This document shows positions 11,739 to 24,019 of a stretch of DNA of 49,140 nucleotides, one piece after another. Numbering within the stretch: the first letter of the stretch is position 1; the number at the start of each line of letters is the position of its first letter. Location: the NCBI GenBank assembly GCA_002269645.1, contig NIVC01004352.1:1-49140 (forward strand), in the 5' to 3' direction. The notes beneath the pieces were generated by a model. The model worked only from the letters and a program-made list of their open reading frames with translations. It made no database searches and had not been told where the DNA came from. The stretch comes from Macrostomum lignano. Its lineage: Eukaryota. A program made the translations under genes and the position numbers.

Positions 11739-13177
11739 TGTACCTTGGCTAGCGACCATTTCACCCATCTAGTTTGGATGGGTGTTGGGCATGTATGATC
11801 CTGTAGTTTCACATGTTAAATTATTTTTGTTAAAAAAATTACTTAGTAGGAGGGCCTAACTTTAAGATTAGTAAGTGATATAATACTCGTAGATAATAAG
11901 GGCTAACTGGGAATCAACTATTTAGTTTTATTAGTCTACAATGGATAATAATATGATACCTAGTCAGTAGAGAAAGTTCCCAAAGGTCTTATTTGGGAAG
12001 AGGCACTACCAGAGGTACTCTTATGTGTGACTCAAACAGTCTATCGGATAATACATTCATCCATCAGAAATCTATTGGATGTACTGTGTATCTAGTAAAA
12101 TTTGGCCTTTACATAAACCCATGTGCCCTCAATGGTATTCAGAATAGACAGTTAGGTCTACCTGATTAGTCAATGAGTTTAAAGTTTTATCAATGATTAA
12201 CAACAACATAGGCCTAGTCATAATATATGTATTTAAACAAAAGTAGGCACTTGATACTATATTACATTTGTTCCTTATTATCTATTCTGTCATTTACTAA
12301 GCTTAAAGTTACTTAAAAGTTATTATTTTCAAAAAATAATTTAATGTGCAAAACTATAGCCACAGGATAGCCAATATTTCAAATATATACATAATAAACA
12401 AAACAAATTTTGTGCACTTTTGTTAAAATTCTATATCTTTATCTTATATAAAACATAGAAATCAGTTTTGAATTAAATACTCATCAAATTTATCAATTAT
12501 AATGCATGGAAAACTATTGTGAATTTGTGACTGTTATTTATAATATAAAGCCTAATATTTTTTATTTTCAATGTAGTGTATATCACACAAAATATTAAAT
12601 GCATATACCAAAAGCTTTTGTATACTAATATGTGTGCAGGGCCCCTCCTGATTCTTTTATTATAAAATTGATAACCATATAACTCATTTTGAATGTGTGC
12701 CGAATCTAGGAAAACACACTTGTTATAATACACATAGTTTTCATAATATTTTATGCGAACTAACTTTTGTTTAAACTAGCAGTAAATTTTAGTATAAATA
12801 AAAGTGTTTTCAGCAGAGGAGAGACCAACCTAGCGCATTGCGGTTTGATAACAAGACATTTAATAGTGAATAGTAAGAGTTCCGAATAAATGTTATTGAA
12901 GATTGTTTTCTAAGTTATTCATTTGCAGAAGAGAAGTGAAGTGGCAGAGAACACATACAATATATACTACTGAGAAGTGGAAGTAGTAAGAGAATACGAA
13001 GTAGATCCTAAATCGATACATGTAAGAATAACCGGAGGCTGTGACCCTCTGATCTCAGTAATGCCTAGGATTAGAAGTACATGTAATACATATACCAGTA
13101 AAATGCTGGTAGAGTCGCTCGCTTGGCGAGAAGAATAAATAGAAAGCTTAATATCAACATTTGAATATGATTTCAAT

Positions 13178-13235
13178 TTCTAACAACTTCAACGCGTTTC
13201 GCACGCCATGGTACATCGTCAGGATTTTATTAGAA
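13178..13235 (-). ncRNA. Minimal type I hammerhead ribozyme in the sense pseudo-LTR
   Basis: CUGACGA-U-GUAC(CAUGGC)GUGC-GAAA-CGCG-UU core. Stem I is 2 bp, a 2x2 internal loop, then 9 bp. Confidence 0.8.
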
Positions 13236-13519
13236 CGATTTGAGAAATTGAGATTGAAAGCGATTGATTAAATATTGGTTTTTGCAACGTACACAGGTAA
13301 GGAGGGTAAGATTGAAAACAATTGATTACAACTTGGCTTTAACAACATACATAGGTATAGTAGGTAGGAGAGAGAATTATAGATTGAGATTGAAAGTTAA
13401 ACCAAATGTACACAATTCTTGTCCAGTGGTCAAAAGGCAGAATCAGGGGCGGTAGCTAGCTTAGGTAATTGAACATCAAGCTAAGTGTACACAGCGTGCA
13501 CGACTGTGTCACTCACTGT

Positions 13520-13939
13520 TCAGAAAACGTGGAGAACGTGACCTGCACCACTATGTTGTAATTGGGTATTGAGATTCGGGGTCTGAGCTTTTATGTGCAG
13601 GGCCTCGAGAATTCTAAGTTTGGCGTCAATATGGCTTTGGTCAATGATTTTAAAGTGTTCTTCTGGTTTGCAGTCATTGCAGTTAGTGCATTCAAGGAGG
13701 TGAGTTTGTATAGCAGATGGTTTGAGCCAGTGTTCCCTGATCCTCGTGTGTAGGTGTCTTTTGGTTTTCCCCACATAGGAGACGCTCTGGTCCACAGAGC
13801 AGTTAAATTGGTAGACAACATCTGCACGCAGAGTACAAGGAACACGCGACTTTAATCTGCTAACAAAGTTCCTAATCTTGTTCGTGTGGAAGACGACCCG
13901 GATGTTACGATTGAAAGAGGCAAAGAATAACCTACGCAT
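13520..13939 (-). CDS. C-terminal GIY-YIG endonuclease fragment of a Penelope-like element (RT domain absent)
   Basis: VVYQFNC..SYVGKTKRHLHTRIREH..HLLEC..HFKIID..LRILEALHIK..PNLNTQ carries the VY/YVG, R, H, E and N motifs of the PLE endonuclease. Confidence 0.88.
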   Translation of the reverse strand: MRRLFFASFNRNIRVVFHTNKIRNFVSRLKSRVPCTLRADVVYQFNCSVDQSVSYVGKTKRHLHTRIREHWLKPSAIQTHLLECTNCNDCKPEEHFKIIDQSHIDAKLRILEALHIKAQTPNLNTQLQHSGAGHVLHVF

Positions 13940-14109
13940 ATGGTTTAACTTTCAATCTCAATCTATAATTCTCTCTCCTACCTACTATACCTATGTATGT
14001 TGTTAAAGCCAAGTTGTAATCAATTGTTTTCAATCTTACCCTCCTTACCTGTGTACGTTGCAAAAACCAATATTTAATCAATCGCTTTCAATCTCAATTT
14101 CTCAAATCG

Positions 14110-14167
14110 TTCTAATAAAATCCTGACGATGTACCATGGCGTGCGAAACGCGTTGAAGTTGTTAGAA
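14110..14167 (+). ncRNA. Minimal type I hammerhead ribozyme in the inverted pseudo-LTR (identical copy)
   Basis: CTGACGA at 14123-14129, GAAA at 14145-14148, GTT cleavage triplet at 14152-14154. Stem I pairs 14110-14122 with 14155-14167. Confidence 0.8.
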
Positions 14168-16934
14168 ATTGAAATCATATTCAAATGTTGATATTAAGCT
14201 TTCTATATACCAGTAAGCCAATATACCGCTCAGGCTAGAATAACAGCAAATGCTACTAGAATAATAGTAAATGCTACCAGAATAACAGGATAACGAAACG
14301 ATACTTATAAGGGGGGCTAAATAGTAGGCCCTATTCTAAGAACAATATACTTAGACAAATTCTCAAATATATACTTACACAACTACTCAGATATATACTC
14401 AGAATAATTCCAAGAAACATATCTCAGACTTATTCTAAGATTAATAAACTCAAAATTTATTAATAGAATAGTCTTGGTAGCAGCTACCAACATTAAAACA
14501 TTTATAAAGATAGAAATTAAGCCATGACAACTTTGGTGAAATTGTGGAATTATTTGTAGGGACAGAAGGAAACACGCCTGTAACAACTTGGTAGCAGCTT
14601 TAGGATATTCAATACATAGGAATTAGAAAAGTAGCCCTACAACAGCTGGTTGCAACAGTGGGATAATTTCAGTGAGAGCAAACATGCCTTTTACATATGT
14701 ATGCCAAATTTTTTGAGTGTACCACCCCAGAAATTTCTAGCATAGATTATTATATGCTTTCTTCCTAACTATGGCTTGATATTAATGTGCATTTAAAAAA
14801 TTGGTTTAAAGCATTTGAATTCTGGCATGCACCTAGTAGTATAATCCATCATCCAGTCTAGACTATAGATAAAACTCCCTTTACCTTATTGAAAGTCCTT
14901 ATTTTTGAACAGTACATTGTAAAAAAATTGGCATACAATACAAGCAAATTTACTCTCAATATAAAAAACTTTAATTCAATGTCACTATGTCAGTGTAGAA
15001 AAAAAACTATAGGCCTAATTTTGATTCTAGTATACTGTATACACAACTGCTTTGATCTAGACTATGCCTAGTATGGGGCTGGCTTGGTTCATATTATTAT
15101 ATTATTCATTGACATTGGCCTATACTATAGGCTACTCCTAAGCTAAAGGTTCACAAATATATAAAACTGTTTTAATCATAATCATAACATACTAGCATTA
15201 GCCAGTTTGCCTAAGTAGTAATAGCAAGACTTGCTTGTAATGCAAGTAAAAGCAATAGTAAATTAAAGAAAAATGAAATACTACTACTATAGTACTACTA
15301 AAAGTCTATTCTAAACAGACTTGCACTTTTTATGTATGACTGAGGCTGAGCAGTGTTAGAAGCAACTTATCATAAAATTTTATGCCCCCTCCATTTCAAA
15401 ATCGTAGCTACGCCAGTTTCTTTGTCACAATTTTACGTAGTTCGTAGAAAAGTTACGCTTAAATTTCATTTACCGTGACTTTACATCAAAAAAATCATGC
15501 CGCTATATGCTTATTAAGATCAGTTAATGCGTTTCAGCTTGAAGTTGTTTTTCTAATAATGATCTGTATGCTATGCGTTGATAGAGAAGTTATTTTGTTT
15601 ATGTTTTAAAGAATTCCACGACGATGTCATAAAATGCAATTACTGCTGAGTTGATACGAAAATGAATGAGTTGCAAAGGTGTGAATCATCTGTACGTTAA
15701 TTTGAAAATTGTTTTCCGTTGACTGACCCCAGCTGTTCATGCGTGACTCCTCGCGGTGATGCTATTAAGTCGTTTATTAATTTATCACTGATAAAGTTAA
15801 AGTCCAGATTTGCATGTAACAGTAAAGTGACATGTAAATTTAACGAACGTGACAAGTTTAACCCTCCCTTTTACCCAATGATATTCTTCGCGTAGCTTCT
15901 AGATAGTGGATATGTCAATTGCAAATTTCTTCTACGACTAGATGTACTTTTTAGAATGTTTTTTTCCGAATGATGCTGAAAATATGAATTTAAATGGTAT
16001 TAAAAATAGTTGACAAATACATTTAAACAAAGCAAAACACAGTTCTGGGATTAAATTCAGCTTCTTTGGCCGAACTGGAAAAATAAAACCCCTTGTCTAA
16101 ACAAGCCTGAGAAGTTCAATTTCTTTAGAAAACAAGATAGCTCAGTTACCGCCGGTAGGTTTATTTTGACCTTAATTATTGTACTTTAAACAAATGTTAA
16201 TTGTTTTCCAACCGGACGTTAAATAGAAACAAATGCAAGTAGGAAACATATCCAAACATGCCCAAAATCTTGCCATAATAAGGAAAAATTATAACAGCAA
16301 ATGCGAACAGGGGAATAAAAGTTAAAGTTTAAACGCACCTATTAATAGAATAATAGCACCGTTACTATGCTATGCACAAGAATTGCAGACTAATTGAAAA
16401 TGCAGATACACAAATCGTCTTTACGAATATAACCAGGTCTGTCAAATAAAGAAATTAATTGGCAACAAAAGTGGGCCGACAAAAAAGACATAAATTATAC
16501 ATACTTGAGGACAATTGAAAAATTATATATAGAATTGCTCCATTTTAAAAAGCAGCAGAGAGCAGCACTGCCTACTGACCAGGCAACTGTAAAATCTGAA
16601 AATTAAATTTTAATAATTTTTGCACAATTGCAAACTTTACAATATATATTCAGCAGCGATTAAGCAGGTGTAATATAAAATTAGTTGCTTACAACATGGC
16701 AACTATGTCCATTGACTAATTTAAGCGAGCATAAGTTTACGCTGGTCAATGATTACGCAACATAGGATACAATGAAACACTGCGGACTTACAATTTCTTT
16801 GAAACATTTTCAAATGACTTTTTGCGACTCATTATTAAAATAAAGCGAAGTTCTTTGGGTTCAAGTTGTGTTTGCTGCCAAGGCAGCGAAATTACACAGG
16901 AAGAGATTCAAGGTAAAGCAGCTATGCGATTGGG

Positions 16935-17285
16935 TATCTGGCGGGAGGTTCAAACACCCTGGCGGGAGGTTCAAACACTCTGGCGGGAAGATCAAACACT
17001 CGGGCGGGAAGATCAAACACTCGGGCGAAAGATCAAACACTCTGTCGGGAAGATCAAACACTCGGGCGGGAAGATCAAACACTGTCGGGAAGATCAAACA
17101 CTCGGGCGGGAAGATCAAACACTGTCGGGAAGATCAAACACTCGGGCGGGAAGTTCAATCACTCCGCTGAGAAGATCAAACACTCGGGCGGGAAGATAAA
17201 CACTCGGGCGGGAAGATCAAACACTCGGGCGGGAGGATCAAACACTCGGGCGGGAGGTTCAAACACTCGGGCGGGAAGATCAATC
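16935..17285. repeat. 21-bp tandem array (CTCGGGCGGGAAGATCAAACA)n, about 17 copies, 3' of the CDK stop codon
   Basis: Unit read directly. Confidence 0.95.
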
Positions 17286-17392
17286 ACTGGGATTGGGAAA
17301 ATTAAGTACACAGTGGTGATGAGATCAAATAGGTTTGAGAGAGCTGATAGCAAAATATGAAGCAATCGCATAGTAACAATCAGACAGCTTTT

Positions 17393-20015
17393 TCAGAAGC
17401 TGAACCTCCTTGCGTGTCGCTGTCTCAAAGGCAGAGGCGGCGGCGGTGGTCGAGACGGCGCCAGCTTGCCGCCGCAGTTAGAAAGGTCGGAGAAGCAGCT
17501 AGCCTGGGGCTGAGCAGGGGCAGCGGCAGCCACTTCAGGCAGTGCAGGCGGATTGTTCTCCGAATTCTGACTAACCAACATCTGGTCGGCGCCGCCGTCT
17601 AGTCGATCAGTCTGACTGGCATTCTTAAACGACGAATCCGACTGTTCCTCGCTGCTAGCGGTTACCATGCCAACCAGGCCAGCCTGGGACTCGTTCGAAC
17701 TAGAAAACTCTTCCAATTGCTCGTCGCTAGCCCAAGCAATGTCGTCCACTTCGACAGATTCTTCTTCTGCAACTTCTCTCCGTTCGACATTGTCCTCTTC
17801 CTCCTCCGACATCATCGACGAAGCCGGTCGTTTCTGTCGAAAACTGCCGCCGCCACTGAACGGCGCCGCCGCCGGCATCGAAGCTCGACCGCGAGAGCGC
17901 GCGCCAAATGCGGCGGCGCCAAATGAAGAAGCGCCGGCGCCAAGCGCCCATCGAGGCACGGGGAAAAGTGTTTGACTTTGTTGCTGCGGCGGCGGCATTG
18001 GGAAGGGACTGTTGATGCCGACATTTCTAACCACAGATTCGACAACATCGGCGGCAGCAGCGTCAGCAGCGGCGTCCGCCGATTCAGCCACAGCGCCGGC
18101 GCCGGCAAAATACGGATGCCGGAGAGCCTCAGCGGCGGTGCAACGAGCCAACGGTGAGAAACGGAGCAGCCGTTCGCCAAGAAGGCTGGCCAGACTCCAT
18201 CGGCCGCCCGTGTAGCCGCAGCCGCCGTCAAGACCGCTGGCCAGACCAGTTGGCAGGCGGGCGGCTAAACAAGCGGCCACAGCCGAAGCCGGCAATTCTG
18301 GCGGAAACTCCGCGGCCAATGGTTGCCTAGCAACGGCAGATCCTGCTGGCCAAGCCGCGGCCGAGGGTACGCCTAGCAGGGCTAAGATTTGCCTAAGCAT
18401 GGGAGCCTCTTTCTGGGCATTGAATAGCGACTTGCCGTTGGCGGCCATTTCGAACAGAATGCAACCGGCGCTCCAGACGTCAGTAGGGCTGGAGTAGCCG
18501 TAGGCCAGCAGCACTTCCGGGCTGCGGTACCACAGAGTGCTGACCACTGCCGTCATCTGTGGGTTAGTAAGTTGATTCATTTGAGCGAGAGTTGATTCAA
18601 GAAATCAATGCATTAAGTTGATTGTTTAAATGTAAAACGACTTACCTGTTTCTCCCAGGAGCAAGCTCTGGCCATGTTGAAGTCGGCAATTTTGAGCACT
18701 GTGCACTGTTGATTTAGCAGACAATTCTGCGGCTTCAAATCACGATGAACGATTCGATGCCTGTGTAGAAAGTCCAGGCCGAGCATCAGCTGATGCCCAA
18801 GATTTCGAACAGCCGACTGAAATGAGTAATGCGACTGACTGCTCAAACTGGAGAGCTGGATGGAGACTGACACTGCTCAAGCTGGGGAACTTGATGGAGA
18901 CTGACACTGCTCAAACTGGAGAGCTGGATGGAGACTGACACTGCTCAAGCTGGGGAACTTGATGGAGACTGACACTGCTCAAACTGGGGAACTCGATGGA
19001 GACTGACACTGCTCAAGCTGGGGAACTTGATGAAGACTGACACTGCTCAAACTGGGGAACTTGATGGAGACTGACACTGCTCAAACTGGGGAACTTGATG
19101 GAGACTGACACTACTCAAGCTGGGGAACTTGATGGAGACTGACACTGCTCAAACTGGGGAACTCGATGGAGACTGACACTGCTCAAGCTGGGGAACTTGA
19201 TGGAGACTGACACTGCTCAAGCTGGGGAACTTGATGGAGGCTGACACTGCTCAAACTGGGGAACTTGATGGAGGCTGACACTGCTCAAACTGGGGAACTT
19301 GATGGAGACTGACACTGCTCAAACTGGGGAAGTTGATGGAGGCTGACACTGCTCAAACTGGGGAAGTTGATGGAGGCTGACACTGCTCAAACTGGGGAAC
19401 TTGATGGAGACTGACACTGCTCAAGCTGGGGAACTTGATGGAGACTGACACTGCTCAAACTGGGGAAGTTGATGGAGACTGACACTGCTCAAACTGGGGA
19501 ACTTGATGGACTGACAACTGCTTAAACTGGGGATCTTGAGGAAGAATTACTTTGGATTGACTAGGAGGATAGCTACTTAAAATACGAGTATAACTACACA
19601 AACAGGGAGCATTTCTACTCAAACAGGGAGTATGTCTACTCAAACAGGGAGCATGTCTACTCAAACAAGGAGCATGTCTACTCAAACTCACGGGTCCCAT
19701 TCGATGCCTGGACAAATAGATTTGCAAATCGCAGTGCAGCAGCTCGAACACTAGAAACAGATAATAGTCTTTGCCATGCTGCTGCAGTAACACGTCAATA
19801 AGTGCTACAATATTTTGATGACGCAATTTTGACAGCGGTTTCAATATGACCAATTCTCTCATAGTACTATAGGGCAGGCCGCTGCTATTGGACACGCGAA
19901 TCTGTTTTAGCGCAACTGGTCCATCTGGTCCGTGGCCAACTAAGACTTTGCTGTAGCTGCCTATGCCAATTTCTCGGCCAAGCACGTATCTGCAATATTG
20001 GTATGACATAAGCAT
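17393..20015 (-). CDS. CDK4/6: CDK4/6-like cyclin-dependent kinase, 3 exons, about 552 aa, long C-terminal extension
   Basis: Exons 19692-20015, 18646-18816 and 17393-18556; all GT-AG phase 0. Motifs EIGIGSYSKV, VALK, GLPYSTMRE (PISTVRE/PLSTIRE-like), HRDLKPQN, DFN, MTAVVSTLWYRSPE, DVWSAGC, HPYF. The start codon is tentative. Confidence 0.88.
18835..19530. repeat. 34-bp tandem array (CTCAAACTGGGGAACTTGATGGAGACTGACACTG)n, about 20 copies, CDK intron 1
   Basis: Unit read directly; ends about 18 nt from the acceptor at 18817. Confidence 0.96.
19598..19687. repeat. 21-bp tandem repeat (AAACAGGGAGCATGTCTACTC) x about 4, abutting the CDK intron 1 donor
   Basis: Gives the SRHAPCL repeats in the ORF track. 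Confidence 0.9.
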
Positions 20016-20058
20016 CAACTTTAATTGAAAGCATAACTTAAAAACAAACCATTGAAAA

Positions 20059-21230
20059 CGGGTAAACAGCGGGAGTAACTATGAACGTCTTATTAGATAC
20101 GAATGCTTCGTCATCTAATTAGTAGTTATCTATAAATGGAGATAAATGGACCTCTCTTACAGGTCTCAGCGCTGAGGCACTGTAAATTGTGGCGGACAAG
20201 GGGTGAGTCAAAAAAATGCCCACCCGAAGGAATACAGACGTAGTACTACTTAGATGACGAGGCATTTTAGCCCTAATATCAGTCATAGTTACTCCTGCCG
20301 TATACCCAAAATTGCGTTACTTTTTTAGGGTTTCTTTCACAGGTAAGTCGCATGGCCAGTGTAAATCAGGGGGGTTGCGCATGTATGCTCAGTGCTTGGG
20401 GGTTAGTAAAAGCAATACCTTTACTGAAACCAGTAACCATCTAGATAGAAACTATTTCCAACTCAGTCCAAGCAAAAACTCACTTGTAGATAGACTGCTG
20501 CTTCTGTTGCTGCTGCTGCAATTTCGGCTGCTCGTGCCCAGCAGTCTGTGAAGGCGAATGCAGCCTAGCTATGGCAGCAGTGGCTGCATCAACCGCAATG
20601 TCAGCAGTGCGCAAACTGTTGCTGCTGCCATGGCTGCTGCTATCACCGCTGGCAAAGGGCCAGCCAATCTGGCTGCTGTTGCTGCCTCCAGAAGAAGCCA
20701 TCGTTCAATTAGTAGCTTCAATCAGTCCAGCACTTCAGTTGCAGATCAATTTCTTGTTCAAAGAAAATCTGATTCAAAGTTTCAATGAGATGCTTTAAAT
20801 TTAGATGTTAAGTCACAATTAAATCCCCCCTGTTCAGCAAGTTAAAGGTAAAAAATGTGTTAATCATAAGAAGAAAAAATCATTCTTTTTCTAAATTTTT
20901 AAATTAAATAAGAAAAGAAACTTCAAATAAATGTGGGCCACTTTTTTTAATAATTAGCGCATTTATATTTAGCCAAAAAGGCTTTGTAATAAGTAGAGTT
21001 GACTTATTAAAACTAGACTGTTTTAAAAAGTAATAAGTAGATGATGAGGCATTTTTGCCTTTATAAGACAGTCATAGTTACTCCTACCATTTACCCAAAG
21101 CTATATTAATTTTGCTTTAGGACTTTTTTACATGTAAGTTGCATTTTTGGCCAAAAACTATGTTGAATTTTTGTTAAAACTAAGTCACACGACTGACTGA
21201 ATATTGGAGGTTGCACATGTATGCCTTAGC
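20059..21230. repeat. Three diverged copies of a dispersed repeat upstream of CDK: 20059-20125 (-), 20246-20400 (+), 21036-21230 (+)
   Basis: Shared TAGATGAYGARGCATT..CATAGTTACTCC..TACCC motif; the first two copies form an inverted pair. Confidence 0.65.
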
Positions 21231-21756
21231 TTATATTTTGCTCAATTGCAGCATAAAAATGGTATATTCAAAACTAAAAAAATAAAAAAACAAAAATATA
21301 CAGAGTTGAAAGTGCCAGTTTGTTGGATAATGCTTATATATTAGCTTTGGTATATGATCATTTGAATGTGTAACACAAATAGCAATGATTGTGAACCAAA
21401 GGAAAGCTAGGTTAAAATTAATATTTTACATAATGCATATGTGCTTAGGGTAAAGGTAATATTGCCAGCTTCAGTTTGCAATCATTTCAGTAGTGTATAG
21501 AAGCCAACTTATACATAAAATTATATATATAATTAGGCCAGGGGCGTAGGGAGGGGGGATAGTAGGGTCTAGCTAAGGCCTAGCCTACAAAGAAGAGTCC
21601 TACAAAGAAGTAAAAATAGGCAAAGAAAAGGAAAAACAAACTCATAATAATAATAAAGAAAATATAAAACAAAGCTAGTTGCAAAAAGGAACAATTAATT
21701 TAGAGTAAGGGCCTATAGAATAGACATAGTATACAAAATTATTGATTAGGTAAAGG

Positions 21757-21867
21757 GGCTAACCTGTAGTTTCGCACGTTTAATTCCAACCCCCACCCCC
21801 CACCACCCTTGAATAGAGGGCGAAATAATTCCGGAAATAATTAAACGTGCGAAACTACAGGATAGCC
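21757..21867. mobile_element. 111-bp MITE with 29-bp TIR and 8-bp TSD
   Basis: TIR GGCTAWCCTGTAGTTTCGCACGTTTAATT (1 mismatch). TSD GGTAAAGG at 21749-21756 and 21868-21875. Confidence 0.88.
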
Positions 21868-24019
21868 GGTAAAGGCTTAGGCCTAGTATAACTAGTTAGG
21901 CTGTTTTTTATAGGCCTAAGGCCTACTAAAGGATTAGGGATTTGAAATGGGCTGGCATCTGGCGAATATAACTTTATAATATTGCATAGGCCTATGCCTT
22001 ATTAGCCATTAGCCTTAGACTTGCCATCTAAGCCTACTATGAGAGGCTAGAGTTTACCTAATACTAAATGCCTAGGCCTATTATGGTTTATAATGCTTAG
22101 CATAGTGTCAAACTTTAATATAGTTAGGGTCTAGTCTAAGGCTAGGCCTAAGCTAAGGGCTAAGGCCTCTACTTAGCCTACCTCGGGTCTAGATTCTAGC
22201 AAGACAAATTTTTGGCAATCATACATAGTTCTGCACAAATTATTTTTCAAAAACGGATATAAACTGTGAAATTATAGGCCTACAAGCTAAGCCGTTGCGT
22301 TTGAACAAGATATATAAAATAAACCGAGCCGGAAAGTTTCAGTCGACCACATGTAAACGATTTGTCATTAAAAAGAAGCCAAAAACTATGCAGATTTCCA
22401 CTTTCTGTTCTCTATCTTCGCTTTTGGTTTAGCTAAATTCATATATTTTTTCTGACTTGACACGTACAGTTGTAATCATTCAGTTAGCTGAAATGGATCC
22501 TGAAGCGAGACTTTGATCTGCAACTTACAACTTTTCGTCACAATTGACTTTGCCTCATCAAACTTTTTCCGTAAAGGAATGAAGCAATGCTTGTCAGTGT
22601 CTGTTCTATATGTAGCTTGGATGTAAAATCACGACGCGTGGACCGCTATCCGGTATCGCCGCGCCGACCTGCTGATTCACTCAAGCCGCCTAAGCGACTC
22701 CGATCTGTTGTTGCATGGCCACATATCAATATCATCACTGTTGTACTAAAGTGATCCTTGTTGAGACGTTACCACTGTAGCTGCAATATATGTACACTTC
22801 TTGTACATGCACATGTACATGTAAGATGTTATCGGCCTCCTATCTGTACGTAAATGCATGTGTGTCGATCTGTTTGAACAGTTTTCAGGTACACGTAATT
22901 TAATATACAGTACACACGAGAACCGCGTGGTGCAGTTCCTCGTCTTTGGAGCTTATCTGCATGGCTGTCCGTGTTTTTTAAGCGTTAAAATCAGTGTCAT
23001 TTGGCATCCTAAGTCAAAGTAATTCGACACTTACTTCAGGATCGCATCAGTCAGAGTTCAAAATCAAGTAAAATATCATCGCCCATGCCCTACACCCTTT
23101 ACACTGCTGAGCCTCTCTGACCTACAGCTACAGAAGTTGTAAACGTCTAATGAAATACGAATTTGAGATGAAGCTTTTCAGCTGGCAACAAAAGCTGCTG
23201 GGTGACATTTTGGGTTAAATTCAGGATGCTAAAATTATATCTATGACACAGAAATCCACAGCATTGCATCCTGTACCATGGTACATGTGCACAAGCTGTA
23301 CATTTACCTGTACAATACATGTGTTTTCTATAGCAACGAGACAGTGCGTCGGTCGAGAGCCAGCGACGAGACTGTACAATGCAGAAAAAAAAATAAATAA
23401 ACTAGAATGAAGATGCAAATTTATATGAAAATGCATTAGTTTCAACACCTCACACTTATATTGGAAAATAGCAAGTTTACTTAACAACACGTAGACGTAG
23501 CCAAGATTCATAGTTAGTCAATGCATACAATGTCCTAGATCAATTCAACATATTAATAAACACTCATTAAACTCGTGCATGCGGCTGGTCGAGGGACAAA
23601 TCAAATGCTAATTCCACCCAATTGGCGGTAAAATCGAGTAAGCAGTCAGGCAGTAAATGCTGTCCCAGTTCTGCAGTTACAGCAGCTGGCTAAAATAATT
23701 TACCAAAAAACCAATGGATTTCAGTCGCTAGATCAATAAAGAGAAATGAACAAAAAAATAATTAGGTCGGTAAATGAGAAATAGATCATGTGTGTCAAGT
23801 GCTTTGAGTTGAGCATACTTTTGGCTTGTCGGATTCATCACACGAGTAATAAGCACTCAACTCGAATGAACGAATTATGTAGAATATAAGAATACTCATT
23901 TTGTACTTAAAAAAAGAAATGCCACGTTTTATAACCACCAGTTGTCTAAGGATCTCATGTTAAAATTTTACTTTGGTGACATACATGTAAAATAGCTACA
24001 TGTAACTGAGAGATAGTGA

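Larger units (their letters stand above)
13102..14204 (-). mobile_element. 5'-truncated Penelope-like retroelement with inverted pseudo-LTRs
   Basis: GIY-YIG endonuclease ORF flanked by a perfect 266-bp inverted repeat (13139-13404 / 13941-14206). Direct repeat ATATACCAGTAA at 13090-13101 and 14205-14216 is a candidate TSD. Hammerhead motif in each arm. Confidence 0.9.

Noticed and set aside
17357-18231. Overlapping plus-strand and alternative-frame ORFs over CDK exon 3
   Set aside because: They are shadows of a GC-rich coding exon with no recognisable motifs.
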